The translations under genes and the position numbers were made by a program. Of a DNA stretch of 60,770 nt, positions 44,753 through 55,773 are shown piece by piece; position 1 is the stretch's first letter, and every line of letters begins with the position of its first letter. The DNA is from a virus. Its lineage: Duplodnaviria; Caudoviricetes. The stretch is taken from positions 1-60,770 of the IMG/VR virus record IMGVR_UViG_3300045962_000005; one strand, given 5' to 3'. The notes under the pieces are model-generated. The model was not told where the DNA came from and ran no database searches. It was given only the letters and a program-made list of their open reading frames with translations.

Positions 44753-46693
44753 TTATACTGCTTCAAATGAGTTATTAGCAGAATCGCTAATCTGAGCGCT
44801 AACACTAAGTCCTGATAAATAAGACCCACCAATAGTAGCGCCTATTTGCGCTTCCATCTTAGTCGCTTCGACTAGATAATCTGCTTCTTTCATAGCAGCC
44901 TGTAATTCTAGTTCTAATTTCCTAAATGTATTTTCAATATTCAGTTTAGTATTTTCTATTCCAGCTAAAAACTCTTTCAATGCCTGATCCCGCATACCAG
45001 TATAATTCTGTATCATTGCCTTGGCATAATCTGTTTGAGCATTAGCACCTTGTACTCTAATCTGCTGAGCCTTGATCACTTCTTCGCTTTCAATTTGATA
45101 TTTCTGTAATTTAGTTTTAAACACGTCAAGTTCAAACTGCTTTTCTTTAATAACTGCATCTAAATCTTCTAATCTTGTTTTTTGTGAAAGCTCGAACTCA
45201 CGGTACCCGGCTAAATAGTTTTCAATTACTTGTGCATCAAGTTCAGTTTCTGTTTTCAATGCTTGTGCCCAAGTATTCTTAATTTCAAATGCCATTTGGT
45301 GAACTTTAGCCCTGTTTAAATTAGTCTCTACATAAGCATTATATTCTTCTATTTTCTGTTTATTATAAGCAAAACCAAGTTCTGCTTTTTCTACCGCCAA
45401 CCGATAACTATTAATCGCACTATTAACCGCTTCTACTTCCGCCATATAAACTTTAACTTTAGACTCGTTGTACCCTAATTGAGCTTGAGCAGACTCTATT
45501 TTTAATTTATCCGCTTCTAATTTAAGTTTCATTTCTTCCAACTGAACACGATGTACTTCAAATTGAAATTTATACACCTCAGTATCAAGATTATATAGGT
45601 CAATATCAGCTCGTAATTTATCAAACTGAGCTTGGAATGTAACTTTAGCAACTTCAAATAAACGATTTTCAACTTCTTGGAATAAGGATATATTAAGACG
45701 TTCCATATCCAACCCTTGAACAACTGCGTGTTTTAAGTTTTCAACTTCATGTTTAACACGTTCTATAGCCAAATCTCTAGAGCGCCCTAACTCAGTATCT
45801 AAGACTTTTTGATTAATTTCATCTTCACGGGCAACCTGTATACCTGTCGGCATAGTGAAACCAAGATTAGCAATGGATTGTCTTACTTCCTGAATTGCTT
45901 TAACAGTGGCTTTGTTTTCTCTGTCCTGCTCACGCCCCCAGATTAAATCCCATGTTTCATCAGGAATCCCAGTTGTGCCATTAAGCATTTCTGTAATAAC
46001 TTCTTCGACTTTATCCCACATAGTACTCGAGTAAGAAGTGCCTACCCAACTAAAATTCTTTATGTCGCTTGATTCTGTACCTGTATAATTCGGAGCAGTT
46101 TCAGTGAAGTCAGATATAGTTCCGTAATTGTCTAATAAATTAAGATTAGTGATTGGTTTTATATCAACAGCATTTGGTAAATCCGGTATATCTTGATTTG
46201 GTAGTTCATCAATGTTATCTAAATTAAAAGGAGAAACTTCTACATATCCTAAATCATCTTTTATTGTATCCGGGTCTTGTGGTTTATCAACATATTCAGG
46301 TAAAACACTATTCCTTACAATTAAATCTTCGTTTTCTTTATCTTCTTCACTTTTATAGACAGGTTGATTTTCTTCAGCATCAAAATTAATGATTTCATCA
46401 TCTACATCATTTGGGAAATTACTTTTCAAATCACTAATTTTTGAATGAAGTTCATCCATTAATTCTTTTGCATCCTCAAGTGCAGATTTAGCATCAGCAG
46501 AAGCGCTTTCATCTATTAAATCATTGGGTAATGGTATTTCTTGCGGGTCGGTAGCGCCAATTAAGCCTGTAGGAATTTTTTGTTGCATAGCACTAATAAC
46601 TTGCAAAGCATCATCTACTAAATCAGTAGCTCGTTTTACTTTAGAATCGTAAAAACCTGCTACATAAGCTGGTGCACCTGTAGTTACTGTCAT
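44753..46693 (-). CDS. Coiled-coil virion protein
   Basis: 646 aa, acidic, long heptad-like region, GGAG SD. Confidence 0.6.
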   Translation of the reverse strand: MTVTTGAPAYVAGFYDSKVKRATDLVDDALQVISAMQQKIPTGLIGATDPQEIPLPNDLIDESASADAKSALEDAKELMDELHSKISDLKSNFPNDVDDEIINFDAEENQPVYKSEEDKENEDLIVRNSVLPEYVDKPQDPDTIKDDLGYVEVSPFNLDNIDELPNQDIPDLPNAVDIKPITNLNLLDNYGTISDFTETAPNYTGTESSDIKNFSWVGTSYSSTMWDKVEEVITEMLNGTTGIPDETWDLIWGREQDRENKATVKAIQEVRQSIANLGFTMPTGIQVAREDEINQKVLDTELGRSRDLAIERVKHEVENLKHAVVQGLDMERLNISLFQEVENRLFEVAKVTFQAQFDKLRADIDLYNLDTEVYKFQFEVHRVQLEEMKLKLEADKLKIESAQAQLGYNESKVKVYMAEVEAVNSAINSYRLAVEKAELGFAYNKQKIEEYNAYVETNLNRAKVHQMAFEIKNTWAQALKTETELDAQVIENYLAGYREFELSQKTRLEDLDAVIKEKQFELDVFKTKLQKYQIESEEVIKAQQIRVQGANAQTDYAKAMIQNYTGMRDQALKEFLAGIENTKLNIENTFRKLELELQAAMKEADYLVEATKMEAQIGATIGGSYLSGLSVSAQISDSANNSFEAV

Positions 46694-46703
46694 AGTCTTT
46701 CTC

Positions 46704-47015
46704 CTAATCTATATCATTGAATACTGTATAAAAATTTGTAGCATCAATGCTCGGAACTATCGCTTTGCCGTTTCCATCAGCTCCGTTTTGTAATAATATA
46801 TCACCATTAAAGATGATAAGCTGAATGTAGCATACATACCCTGTACTGTTCCATTCACCAATTGTAGTAGTTACAGCGTATTCTTGCACATATTTATTTT
46901 GTTCTTTATCCCAATATGTCATACCAGCGTTCATGAGTTTTTCATCAGTAATGTTAAGCTCACAATCTCCGCTTTCAAAATTAAACCCTTGTGGATTATA
47001 ACTTTCAACTTTCAT
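46704..47015 (-). CDS. Hypothetical virion protein
   Basis: Start moved to ATG 47015 (GAGGAG SD). Confidence 0.5.
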   Translation of the reverse strand: MKVESYNPQGFNFESGDCELNITDEKLMNAGMTYWDKEQNKYVQEYAVTTTIGEWNSTGYVCYIQLIIFNGDILLQNGADGNGKAIVPSIDATNFYTVFNDID

Positions 47016-49128
47016 CGTACCAAGACTCCTCTCCTGTACCGTTTTTAACAGTATAATCCCCTGTCCATTCTTTAAACCCAGTACCATAACTTGGTGGTGG
47101 AGAACTACCTAAACCCCCACATTCTCCAGTATCACCTGTAGTATCACCACAACTATAACTACCTATTGGTATATTTTTTACTTCTGGGCTGCCATAAGTA
47201 ATCGCACCTGCTCTATTAAAATTACCAATGTCAAACGATGTAGTACCACCCGTAGATTCAGTAGTAGAATCAAGTATTACACGTTGTTTTCCTTCTGCAC
47301 AAAAATACGTTTTCCTTGTTAGTTTATTTTTTACTCCGTTACTAGGTGTAATATTATAATCTGAGGATAAACCATATCTTGATTTATAAGTCGAGGCTGT
47401 GCCTGAAGATTTATATTCTTCTATCGTTACTAAATAAAGCTCCATTGACAAATCTACCAATCTAAATGAAGCTGTCTTTGTAGTTCTATCTATCGTAGCG
47501 GTTTCTGTTGTTACACCATCATAGTTTAAAACTCCCGGTTCTTCTGCATCGACAAAAGTATCATCACGAATATTTTCTGAATATCGGAGTGTTTCATTAG
47601 TTGTATTAGGAGTAGGAGGAAACAGTGTTGTACTACCTTCGACAACATAAGTATTTCCAGAAGTTCCACCTGTAATTGTAGCATTTCCAGATTTATTATT
47701 TGTAGATTTAGTTTCAGAAAAGAAAAGTGTTGCTTGTCCTATATTATATGAACTGCTTTTTTTATCTACGCTCCATGAATAACTAGTTGTATATTCAAAA
47801 TCTTCATCCCGAATCGCATATAATCTGTTATCTGTTATTCTACTATAAGCAACTCCTAGTAAATTTTTTCTTTTATTTACTACTTTATATGTACCTGACC
47901 CTGTATCTGTACCAGCAGATTCATTACCTAATCTGGAATTATTAGAAGTGTATGCTCTACAAGGTGAAGTTGCAAACTCTCCTGTAGAGCACCCTGACCA
48001 GTTACGAGAGCCAGAAGGCGTACTAGTACCGCTATGGCTCACAGTACCATAATTTACTGTACTTCTGTCGTAACCGGGGCCTATAGTACGTAGCTTATTT
48101 ACAGACATTGTCCCATCAGCAGTAGTATCATTTATTTCATAAACTTCATACCGCCTATCGGCTTCCCAATACCCGAACTCGATAAAGAAAATAGTTTTTG
48201 TGCCATCACGATTCGTTACAAAGTTCGCTCCCTGCAGTATCGGTGTAGAAGGTACTCTGGCATTTAGCCCTGCAGGAATATTTTTAGTCCACTGATCAAC
48301 AAAAGAAAAACTAGGAAGCGGGTATACCTGATCTTCTTTATAGTTAGTGTCATAAGGTAACTTTCCTTTAGTTATTTTAAGTGTACCAGTATTCCAGTTT
48401 AGGAAATTATAAGTATAGCCAATCACCCAGCGAACACCATCTTCATCCTTCTTAATGTGTACGCCACCGCCTATACCTAGCTGTCCAATAGCGTTAGGCC
48501 CATTAACCACTAAGCCCTGAACAAATTCTTTACAGATAACTTGATGCCCTAAACCGCATATTTTTGTATTTTGCTCAGCATCTACATTTTGACCAAACCT
48601 GTATTCTGTATTCCAGCTGCGATAAATAGCTGAAACAGCAGCACCAGTTTTCTGCTCAACCCAAGTTATTGACCCTAATCTTAAAAATGGATTTCCATTA
48701 TATAATTGAGAACTTTTATTTTGATCAGGAGATATTTCAAACTTACCTTTTTCACGTTCTTCTCCGGGAAGGATTGGTATATAATCATAAGTACCTCGAC
48801 CCCAATCAAAAATATTATTGAAGTAAGGGGGATTAAGGCTAGAAGATTTTAAAACTGCAACAAGTGAACGAATACCGCCTAAACCCATTTTATCAAGGTC
48901 AATCCAACAGGTGATATCTCTATGACCCGAAAGTCTAAATGAATGGATTATTGTAAAGATAATATTATTATGAGATCGAAAAGAATGCCTAAACATTCTT
49001 TCATTTCTATGTAGCGAAATAGCTTGTTCTATATAAGAACGGGCCATAGGAAAATAAGGACTGATTAATTTGTTACGCCCTTTAGCAACAAATCTAACCG
49101 GCCCTATATATTTTCCTTGCGTTCTCAT
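47005..49128 (-). CDS. Putative tail/virion protein
   Basis: 707 aa, Thr/Ser/Gly-rich, ATGA overlap. Confidence 0.55.
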   Translation of the reverse strand: MRTQGKYIGPVRFVAKGRNKLISPYFPMARSYIEQAISLHRNERMFRHSFRSHNNIIFTIIHSFRLSGHRDITCWIDLDKMGLGGIRSLVAVLKSSSLNPPYFNNIFDWGRGTYDYIPILPGEEREKGKFEISPDQNKSSQLYNGNPFLRLGSITWVEQKTGAAVSAIYRSWNTEYRFGQNVDAEQNTKICGLGHQVICKEFVQGLVVNGPNAIGQLGIGGGVHIKKDEDGVRWVIGYTYNFLNWNTGTLKITKGKLPYDTNYKEDQVYPLPSFSFVDQWTKNIPAGLNARVPSTPILQGANFVTNRDGTKTIFFIEFGYWEADRRYEVYEINDTTADGTMSVNKLRTIGPGYDRSTVNYGTVSHSGTSTPSGSRNWSGCSTGEFATSPCRAYTSNNSRLGNESAGTDTGSGTYKVVNKRKNLLGVAYSRITDNRLYAIRDEDFEYTTSYSWSVDKKSSSYNIGQATLFFSETKSTNNKSGNATITGGTSGNTYVVEGSTTLFPPTPNTTNETLRYSENIRDDTFVDAEEPGVLNYDGVTTETATIDRTTKTASFRLVDLSMELYLVTIEEYKSSGTASTYKSRYGLSSDYNITPSNGVKNKLTRKTYFCAEGKQRVILDSTTESTGGTTSFDIGNFNRAGAITYGSPEVKNIPIGSYSCGDTTGDTGECGGLGSSPPPSYGTGFKEWTGDYTVKNGTGEESWYDES

Positions 49129-51119
49129 ATCATTCTCTTTAGCACCAACGGTATTAACTCCACGCTATCTATTTCTACCTCACCTTCGCCTAATAATACA
49201 AACTGCCAATACCTTGATTTAACCCCCTTACCCAGCTGTATTCTAGTGTTATCAACAGAACCATTAGTATGAATTCCCCGATACCAAGTTTCTTGCTTGG
49301 TGCCACGATAGTCTGTAACTGTTTTTAATACAATCGTATTATCTGAAGCTACGCCTATATAACAGTAGGGCACTTGTTTTTCGTAAGGTTCCCCAAAATC
49401 TAAAGACCCTGTTTTCAGACTCCAATCGATAGCCGTACCTGTATCAGTAGTACCTTCAAGTTTATATAGCCCATCTTCTTTACATAAATAGCCATTACTG
49501 TAACTGTTAAAGTCATAATTATGATACTCACTAATTCCTTTAGTTAATGAGTTCATTACATAAGTAGCGGTATTGTAGTTCCTACGCTCAGCTAGAAATA
49601 CTAACCCTTCTTCAACTGCAAAAGCTAACTCTGCTTGCAGAGTAGATGTATCAGCATACTCTATATTATCAGGAACAATAAAACCCAATGAATAAGCAGG
49701 CGTAACTGCAGTAGAAGTCTCAAGTGTATCTAGTATCTGCATTATCTGCTTTGAGATAACACGAATAGCATATGTGAATGTAAGCTCATCGTTAGGTGAA
49801 AATTTAAATCCACGAGTTGCTAATGATTGAAAAGCAAGGGCTGTTGCTGCACGACAAGCTAGTTCACCTCGATTAATTGCTGCAGTACCTGTGCCAAATA
49901 ACTGATTGACCGTAAGGTTAATTAGCCCTTTACGGGTTGCTTCATCTACATTATTAATAATATCTGCGACTGCAAAAAAGAGAGTAATAAAAGCTTTATC
50001 TAATAAATTAGTACCAGCACTGACAAACTGTTTATAGATTGTTGAATTGAATAGGGCTTCAGGTATTAAATTGAATGCAGCATCAATAGCATCGAGAATA
50101 AGAGCAAACCCAACAGCATTAGTCATAGTTGTTGTATCCGTAGCAGCTAAATCTGTAGTTCTAAAACTAGTCGCAGTACCACCAATTGAATACCCACCAG
50201 TAGATGGAAAAATAACCCAGTGTTCTAATCCACCACTTGTCGTATAGTTATAGGCTAAATACCCATTACCTTCACCAGTATAAGTAACTAAAACATCGTC
50301 TTGTACTGGATCATGAGCAGTAAACGTTTGGACAACATCATTAAGTTTAATCGTTGCAGTTGAGGGTGAATTTATAGAACTATTATCCATCCCACCAGAA
50401 GGAGTAGTAACAATAAAATCTATTGTTGAGGCATTATATTTATTATAAAGTGCAGTAACTTCTGATTGAATTAACTCTGTTGGGAATACTGCAACTTCAT
50501 CAATATGCCCACTAAAATAATGAGCACTATACTGACCAAACCTACCAATACTGGGAGCAATCGTTCCTACTGTTCCTAAAGCTACACCAGAAGTCCACGT
50601 AGTACTTAATGTGCCATCTATGTATGCTTTTAGAGTAGTACCATTAATAGTGACTACTATATGATATGTTGTACCTGTACTCATACCATGGGCAGTAGTA
50701 CCTAAAGTAGATGAAGCCGTTCCATCCCCAAGAGAGAAATACCAATTACTACCATTAGTACAAACTACTAAACGAGTAGTTGATGCAGTTCCACTACCAT
50801 CACAATCTGCAAAAATAGTTCTATACCCAGAAAAACTATCAGAATCAATAATAGCAGTAAAAGAAATAGTAGGGCTTGCTGGTATTACTAATAACGGGTC
50901 AGTAAACGAAAAATTTACAAACCCAGTACTTCCATCAAATAAAACACAAGGATTAGTACCACGTTGTTGTAAAGTGGTTTCGCCTAAAGTATATGTTCCC
51001 CCATATAAACCATCATGCCCATTTCCTGATATATCTATACAATCTGTACCTGATGTCTCGTCTAATCTCCAATAAGCAATTGGAGATAACGATAATATAT
51101 GGTCTTCATAATCAGCCAT
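49125..51119 (-). CDS. Tail protein with N-terminal LamG-like domain
   Basis: 664 aa; PIAYWRLDE, YHIVVT, YIDG and FSGHIDEVAVF motifs. Confidence 0.7.
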   Translation of the reverse strand: MADYEDHILSLSPIAYWRLDETSGTDCIDISGNGHDGLYGGTYTLGETTLQQRGTNPCVLFDGSTGFVNFSFTDPLLVIPASPTISFTAIIDSDSFSGYRTIFADCDGSGTASTTRLVVCTNGSNWYFSLGDGTASSTLGTTAHGMSTGTTYHIVVTINGTTLKAYIDGTLSTTWTSGVALGTVGTIAPSIGRFGQYSAHYFSGHIDEVAVFPTELIQSEVTALYNKYNASTIDFIVTTPSGGMDNSSINSPSTATIKLNDVVQTFTAHDPVQDDVLVTYTGEGNGYLAYNYTTSGGLEHWVIFPSTGGYSIGGTATSFRTTDLAATDTTTMTNAVGFALILDAIDAAFNLIPEALFNSTIYKQFVSAGTNLLDKAFITLFFAVADIINNVDEATRKGLINLTVNQLFGTGTAAINRGELACRAATALAFQSLATRGFKFSPNDELTFTYAIRVISKQIMQILDTLETSTAVTPAYSLGFIVPDNIEYADTSTLQAELAFAVEEGLVFLAERRNYNTATYVMNSLTKGISEYHNYDFNSYSNGYLCKEDGLYKLEGTTDTGTAIDWSLKTGSLDFGEPYEKQVPYCYIGVASDNTIVLKTVTDYRGTKQETWYRGIHTNGSVDNTRIQLGKGVKSRYWQFVLLGEGEVEIDSVELIPLVLKRMI

Positions 51120-51532
51120 TAGCTGGCCTCGATGCGTGGAGTAATTTTAATAGTGTCTCCATTAGTATTAATATTTAATGGAGCGCCGGGGAAACGTTCT
51201 GCATAAATTAAAGTCCCTGAAGTTGCTAATGTAACAAAATACCCATAGACCGGTAAATCTGTACCAGTATAAGTAAACGTGAACGTTTGCTCTGGATACG
51301 TTATATATGATGGATCACCTGAAGTTGCAGCAGCCCAAGTAGCACCAGTTAACGTAATAGCTGAATATCCAGAAATAGTACATTCATCATCTGTATAAAG
51401 TGTTACTGCATCCGCATCAGTAGGAGTTATATCTATATCGTACAAACGCAGTACCAAATTTTCCGCAGTAGTTTTATTAACTAAAACCTCTAAGGCATGA
51501 GCTTCACCTGAGTTAGCAAATACAATAGTCAT
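51119..51532 (-). CDS. Virion structural protein
   Basis: 137 aa; LVLRLY, GYSAITL and YGYFV...AERF motifs. Confidence 0.6.
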   Translation of the reverse strand: MTIVFANSGEAHALEVLVNKTTAENLVLRLYDIDITPTDADAVTLYTDDECTISGYSAITLTGATWAAATSGDPSYITYPEQTFTFTYTGTDLPVYGYFVTLATSGTLIYAERFPGAPLNINTNGDTIKITPRIEAS

Positions 51533-51542
51533 AACTTACTCC

Positions 51543-52106
51543 TTATGAACTAGTAGCAGTTAAAGAATACTCAACATTAAGTACGTCACCCGCTAATACA
51601 GCACGAGAAGTAAAAGTTGTTGCTGCCAGTAATGTGCCACCGGAATCGTTAGTACCCGGAGTTCCATTTGCCGTGCTAAACACATTCGTTGACATAATAG
51701 CAGCTCCATATATCGTACCTGCTGAGTCAGTAAGAGTATCAACAGTAAATGTCGCATTTGTTGTTGAGTTATCCACCATGCGCCCTGAAGGGCTGCCTGC
51801 TTCGGGTGTGTCAGCAGACCATACGGGTCGTGTAGCTTCAGTTACATCATAAAATTCCTGATGACCATCAGTACCGTAAAATTGTGCACATGTGTTTCCT
51901 GCTGCTGGATCACCTGAATTATCTTTTAAGGACACATACCATGTTGATATTTCCATATCAGTTGTGTTCCTAATTGCTGCATTTAAGATATAATCCAGAC
52001 CTTCAGTAGGTACAATATTATGAGAAGATTCTTCATGAATCAGCTCTCCATCTCTATAGTGTTTCAAAGTAAAAACACCACCTGTTGTTAAAGTTTCCTG
52101 TTTCAT
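51543..52106 (-). CDS. Virion structural protein
   Basis: 187 aa; HNIVPTEGLDYIL...GDVLNVEY pattern. Confidence 0.6.
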   Translation of the reverse strand: MKQETLTTGGVFTLKHYRDGELIHEESSHNIVPTEGLDYILNAAIRNTTDMEISTWYVSLKDNSGDPAAGNTCAQFYGTDGHQEFYDVTEATRPVWSADTPEAGSPSGRMVDNSTTNATFTVDTLTDSAGTIYGAAIMSTNVFSTANGTPGTNDSGGTLLAATTFTSRAVLAGDVLNVEYSLTATSS

Positions 52107-52191
52107 ATGGTTACTCCATCTAATTTAATTAATATACCTTTAGGATGCACTTCATAATCAGCATCGTTTATACCTATTCCACAAACTAATT

Positions 52192-53166
52192 TCATATTGT
52201 TACACCATTTCTTTGAATTGACATTGTTGCTCTATCTGATGCACCATACTGAGTATCAGTACCGCCAGAAACGGAAGCAACTATTTGTTTAATACCATCT
52301 TTCTCTCTATAGCCAATGACAAAACTTTCTTCGGTATTAAAAGAAATTCTGTCTTTAGTTACTTGCTGAATAGTTCCATTCGGAAGCCCAACAACAAACC
52401 CATTAACAGATACCCACACAGGTAACTTGTAATCGTAATCATCAATACCTAAGTCGTTAGCGTGAACATATATTGGCTCGCCATTATGTGCACCTTCGCC
52501 AACAATAGACTGTTTAAAGTTCGTAAAATCTGTACCTTCTAAAAAATAAGTTCTATACTTAGTAGAAACAAATATTCCTGATTCTACTTTCGCTAAGCAG
52601 GTAACATTATCTTCGTACTGTAACCAGTTTTGTGCTTCTCTGGTCAGGTCATAATTTAAAGGTTCTGAAAAGTAAATAATTTTATCATTAACCACATATA
52701 ACCGACCTTTGAACTCCATTAATTTATTGCCTAAAGGTAGTTGAGTTAAATGTTGTTCCTCTAATGTCAATCGAGTAGAGTTATGTTCACTGTTACCACT
52801 AGTTACTCTATCTCGCCATGTGACATACTGAAATCCTGAATTTAGCTTCCCATGTAAATTATTGTTACTAAAGTAAATTAGATCATTAATTTCAACATAA
52901 CTTAAGGGGTCATTGCCGACACCTCCAAGGATGCCTGATTTATCACTAACCAAGCGTAAAGTACCACCAGCTACAAAAACACCTTTATATAACGAGTGGC
53001 AATTAGTACCATTGTAAACTTTAGTGTATCCATCTCTTGATGCTAGAATGCCATCGTTATGAATATCTAGGTTGATACAAGAACGTAACGATTTAGAATC
53101 TAACTCTCTTATGTTAGAAACAGTATCTTGCCCTAAAGTTGGTTTATCTAAACGTATGGTTTTCAT
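52192..53166 (-). CDS. Tail nozzle / tubular protein B-like (putative)
   Basis: 324 aa; N.DI...G.L..R.G and GRLYV...IYFSEP beta-propeller-like motifs. Confidence 0.55.
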   Translation of the reverse strand: MKTIRLDKPTLGQDTVSNIRELDSKSLRSCINLDIHNDGILASRDGYTKVYNGTNCHSLYKGVFVAGGTLRLVSDKSGILGGVGNDPLSYVEINDLIYFSNNNLHGKLNSGFQYVTWRDRVTSGNSEHNSTRLTLEEQHLTQLPLGNKLMEFKGRLYVVNDKIIYFSEPLNYDLTREAQNWLQYEDNVTCLAKVESGIFVSTKYRTYFLEGTDFTNFKQSIVGEGAHNGEPIYVHANDLGIDDYDYKLPVWVSVNGFVVGLPNGTIQQVTKDRISFNTEESFVIGYREKDGIKQIVASVSGGTDTQYGASDRATMSIQRNGVTI

Positions 53167-53246
53167 TTACAAACCTTTGATTATTCCACTAATTATATAT
53201 TACAGGCTATTATTTAACCTACATGAATTTTACATAACTTACCGCG

Positions 53247-53492
53247 TTAACTAACAACTCGTATTTCATTAGCGTACATAACGTCTAAGGGGGTCTCTCC
53301 TACTTGGTGTTCCTTGCTCATTTCTACCCTGCATAAAGCCTTAGTCGCTATGTCTGTAGTAAGGCTAGTAACATTAGGTGGTATACCGACAGGAACATTG
53401 GCAGGTAAATCATAAGTTTCACCACCAATAGTTAAAGTTACATCATCCTGAAACATTGTAGCTACAACATTTGTCGTATCTAAAGTTGCCAT
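53247..53492 (-). CDS. Hypothetical protein
   Basis: 81 aa, TAATG overlap. Confidence 0.55.
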   Translation of the reverse strand: MATLDTTNVVATMFQDDVTLTIGGETYDLPANVPVGIPPNVTSLTTDIATKALCRVEMSKEHQVGETPLDVMYANEIRVVS

Positions 53493-53833
53493 TATTCTAT
53501 TTCCTCATTGTTAAATTCTGGTTGAGCTGTTAAAAGTTTAAGTTGTGCATTCGTCAGTTGTAGTGCTGGTATATTACTCATTGCTAAGTCTGCAAAGGCT
53601 TGAAGTGTTAACGGCCTTAACCTAGTAATGTAGTCAGGTATTGTCTCTTCTTCCTCTATGCTAGGTGCTATGTAGGCATCAGGATATGCTAATCCTTTAA
53701 CGATGTAGTATTGATTCTCTGAGCCATCTAGTCGGACGGGTTCTAAAATACCAACGTCTGCATTGGCATAGACATACGCTCGATTATCCTCGTTGTCATC
53801 AATGAATGCCTTGGTTATGATTGTGTAGTTCAT
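53492..53833 (-). CDS. Hypothetical protein
   Basis: 113 aa, ATGA overlap. Confidence 0.55.
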   Translation of the reverse strand: MNYTIITKAFIDDNEDNRAYVYANADVGILEPVRLDGSENQYYIVKGLAYPDAYIAPSIEEEETIPDYITRLRPLTLQAFADLAMSNIPALQLTNAQLKLLTAQPEFNNEEIE

Positions 53834-54900
53834 AATAAAATTACCTCTCTGATTGATACGCTATCAATGATTCCTGTAACTGTTCCTTGAGATTTAACAC
53901 CTAGAGTTTGATTTACTGTTCCAACAATCACATCAGTATGTTTACCAGTTGTTGAAAATATAGTTCCGCTAGTGCCACCAATATACCCCCTAAAGCCTGC
54001 TCCTGCAGATAAACTAACTATATTAAACTTTAATAAATAGGTTGTTCCAGCTAGACTACTACCCTGAAAAATCCCTGTGCTTACATTATTAAAAACACAC
54101 TCACCAGATACAACTGATGCCGTATTTAAAGCCCAACCAGTATCTCCATCACTAAACCGCCCGTTCGTTATCAGTTCAGTTCGAGACACCCAGCCCACAT
54201 TATCGCCCAGTGAATAGTCAAAGTAATACTTATCCCAATCGCTTGATGAGACATTATATAGTGTGGCTCTTTTATCGGTATCTGAAGGATTTAACTTGTC
54301 GATAATATAATCATCACGTCCATTACTAAAGCGATATTCCCTTGAGTTAGCAGGGGTTGTTGTGTCTGTGAGCTTGACGGATTTGATGATGCCATCGAAG
54401 TAATTACTTGTAGTAGAAGCACCAGTATATCGACCGCCAATAAGTGTGACAACCTGAGATGGTGCAGAGGCATATGTTGTTGTTCTAGTATCAACAGTAT
54501 TAGTAGTGCCATCATCTATTGTTAATGTAAAGTCATCACCTGAACGACTTAAAACAATCTTATGTAGTTTGCCATCTGTGATATCTTTAGAGCAGGCCAT
54601 ATACCCAAGTGTTGTAGCATCCTTTCTAACCATTGCCTGTGTTCCATTTGGAGCAGTGCCATGAGTATTTTGTAGTTTTTGCAGTAATCCAAAACTAGGG
54701 TAGTTAGTATCATAATCTTGAGATAATATAAAATCAGTAGTAGTATCATCAGCAGATGTTTGAGCATATACCTCTATTTCAAAATCACCAACAAAGGTTA
54801 TTGTTTCAGGCAATTCAGCATAAGCCGTTGTACCATCAAATGTTAATAGTTTAGTTATCTTTGGTTTAGGTTTCATTAACGATAAACTTAAATCTAGCAT
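53830..54900 (-). CDS. LamG-domain tail/receptor-binding protein
   Basis: 356 aa; LTFDG, DGKLHKIVLSR and FDGII motifs. C-terminal ELITNG.F....GW segment resembles fibre B. Confidence 0.65.
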   Translation of the reverse strand: MLDLSLSLMKPKPKITKLLTFDGTTAYAELPETITFVGDFEIEVYAQTSADDTTTDFILSQDYDTNYPSFGLLQKLQNTHGTAPNGTQAMVRKDATTLGYMACSKDITDGKLHKIVLSRSGDDFTLTIDDGTTNTVDTRTTTYASAPSQVVTLIGGRYTGASTTSNYFDGIIKSVKLTDTTTPANSREYRFSNGRDDYIIDKLNPSDTDKRATLYNVSSSDWDKYYFDYSLGDNVGWVSRTELITNGRFSDGDTGWALNTASVVSGECVFNNVSTGIFQGSSLAGTTYLLKFNIVSLSAGAGFRGYIGGTSGTIFSTTGKHTDVIVGTVNQTLGVKSQGTVTGIIDSVSIREVILL

Positions 54901-55226
54901 TTATCTAACTCCAATTTTTCTTCTAATGTCTTTGGTTGCCACTCAATATGATAGTGTGTTCTTTCATTTACACAGTCATAGCCAGATGGTAACAACTCAG
55001 CGATAGTATTAAATAACTCATCTGCAAAATCTATATGCTGTGATCTGATATCAAGGGCTGCACCTAGATAGTGAAGTGATCCAAACATGTGCTTGTCGCT
55101 ATCTAGTGCACTTGTAATCATCAGATCCACCCCTTTATTATCAAAGAATGGTTTGATTAAATAAACCATCTCCCATAACTTCGGATGTAGCCCTCGAACA
55201 TCAACATTATCTTTAATTACTATCAT
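54894..55226 (-). CDS. Endolysin, peptidase M15-like
   Basis: 110 aa; ITS, SLHYLGAALD and HYHIE zinc-ligand motifs. Confidence 0.75.
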   Translation of the reverse strand: MIVIKDNVDVRGLHPKLWEMVYLIKPFFDNKGVDLMITSALDSDKHMFGSLHYLGAALDIRSQHIDFADELFNTIAELLPSGYDCVNERTHYHIEWQPKTLEEKLELDKC

Positions 55227-55693
55227 CTTGAATGCTCTTTTAACACGGTTATAATTTCTTGCATTTGTTTACTGTGTATTTGATAATTCCTATCAGTCGA
55301 ATTTTTCACACTCTTAATGTCTGTTCGGATATCATCATAGATATAAGCAAATAGACCCGCACAGATAACAATCGCTGTACCTACAATTTTAATATGACCG
55401 CTCATAATATCTTTAATATCAGATTTCATACGTTCTTGTATCTCACTATGCGCTCTTTCATTGTCTTTGTAGTTTTCTCTGATTCTGTCATTAATCGCAT
55501 CGATAGTTTTATAAACTGTGTTAAAGTCCACTTTCATGTGATTAAGATTGTTGACTGTGAAAGTCGAGATATCTTTACGAATCAATTTAAGCTCCAACTC
55601 TATATCGTGAATAGCTGAAGATACCTGTTTGCGACAATCATTTAATTCACTTCTAACATCATCAATTTCTTCTTTCAATTCTTGCTCTGTCAT
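55223..55693 (-). CDS. Coiled-coil membrane protein (holin/lysis-associated candidate)
   Basis: 156 aa, one hydrophobic helix (IVGTAIVICAGLFAYI), next to the endolysin gene. Confidence 0.45.
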   Translation of the reverse strand: MTEQELKEEIDDVRSELNDCRKQVSSAIHDIELELKLIRKDISTFTVNNLNHMKVDFNTVYKTIDAINDRIRENYKDNERAHSEIQERMKSDIKDIMSGHIKIVGTAIVICAGLFAYIYDDIRTDIKSVKNSTDRNYQIHSKQMQEIITVLKEHSR

Positions 55694-55773
55694 AATGCTA
55701 TTTCCGTAATTGCAATAAAAAGTACAGTTACCAATAGTAAAGCAATTACAAACAGTAAATCATCACTATCCAT
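55690..55773 (-). CDS. 27-aa single-pass membrane peptide
   Basis: MDSDDLLFVIALLLVTVLFIAITEIAL; overlaps both neighbours. Confidence 0.4.
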   Translation of the reverse strand: MDSDDLLFVIALLLVTVLFIAITEIAL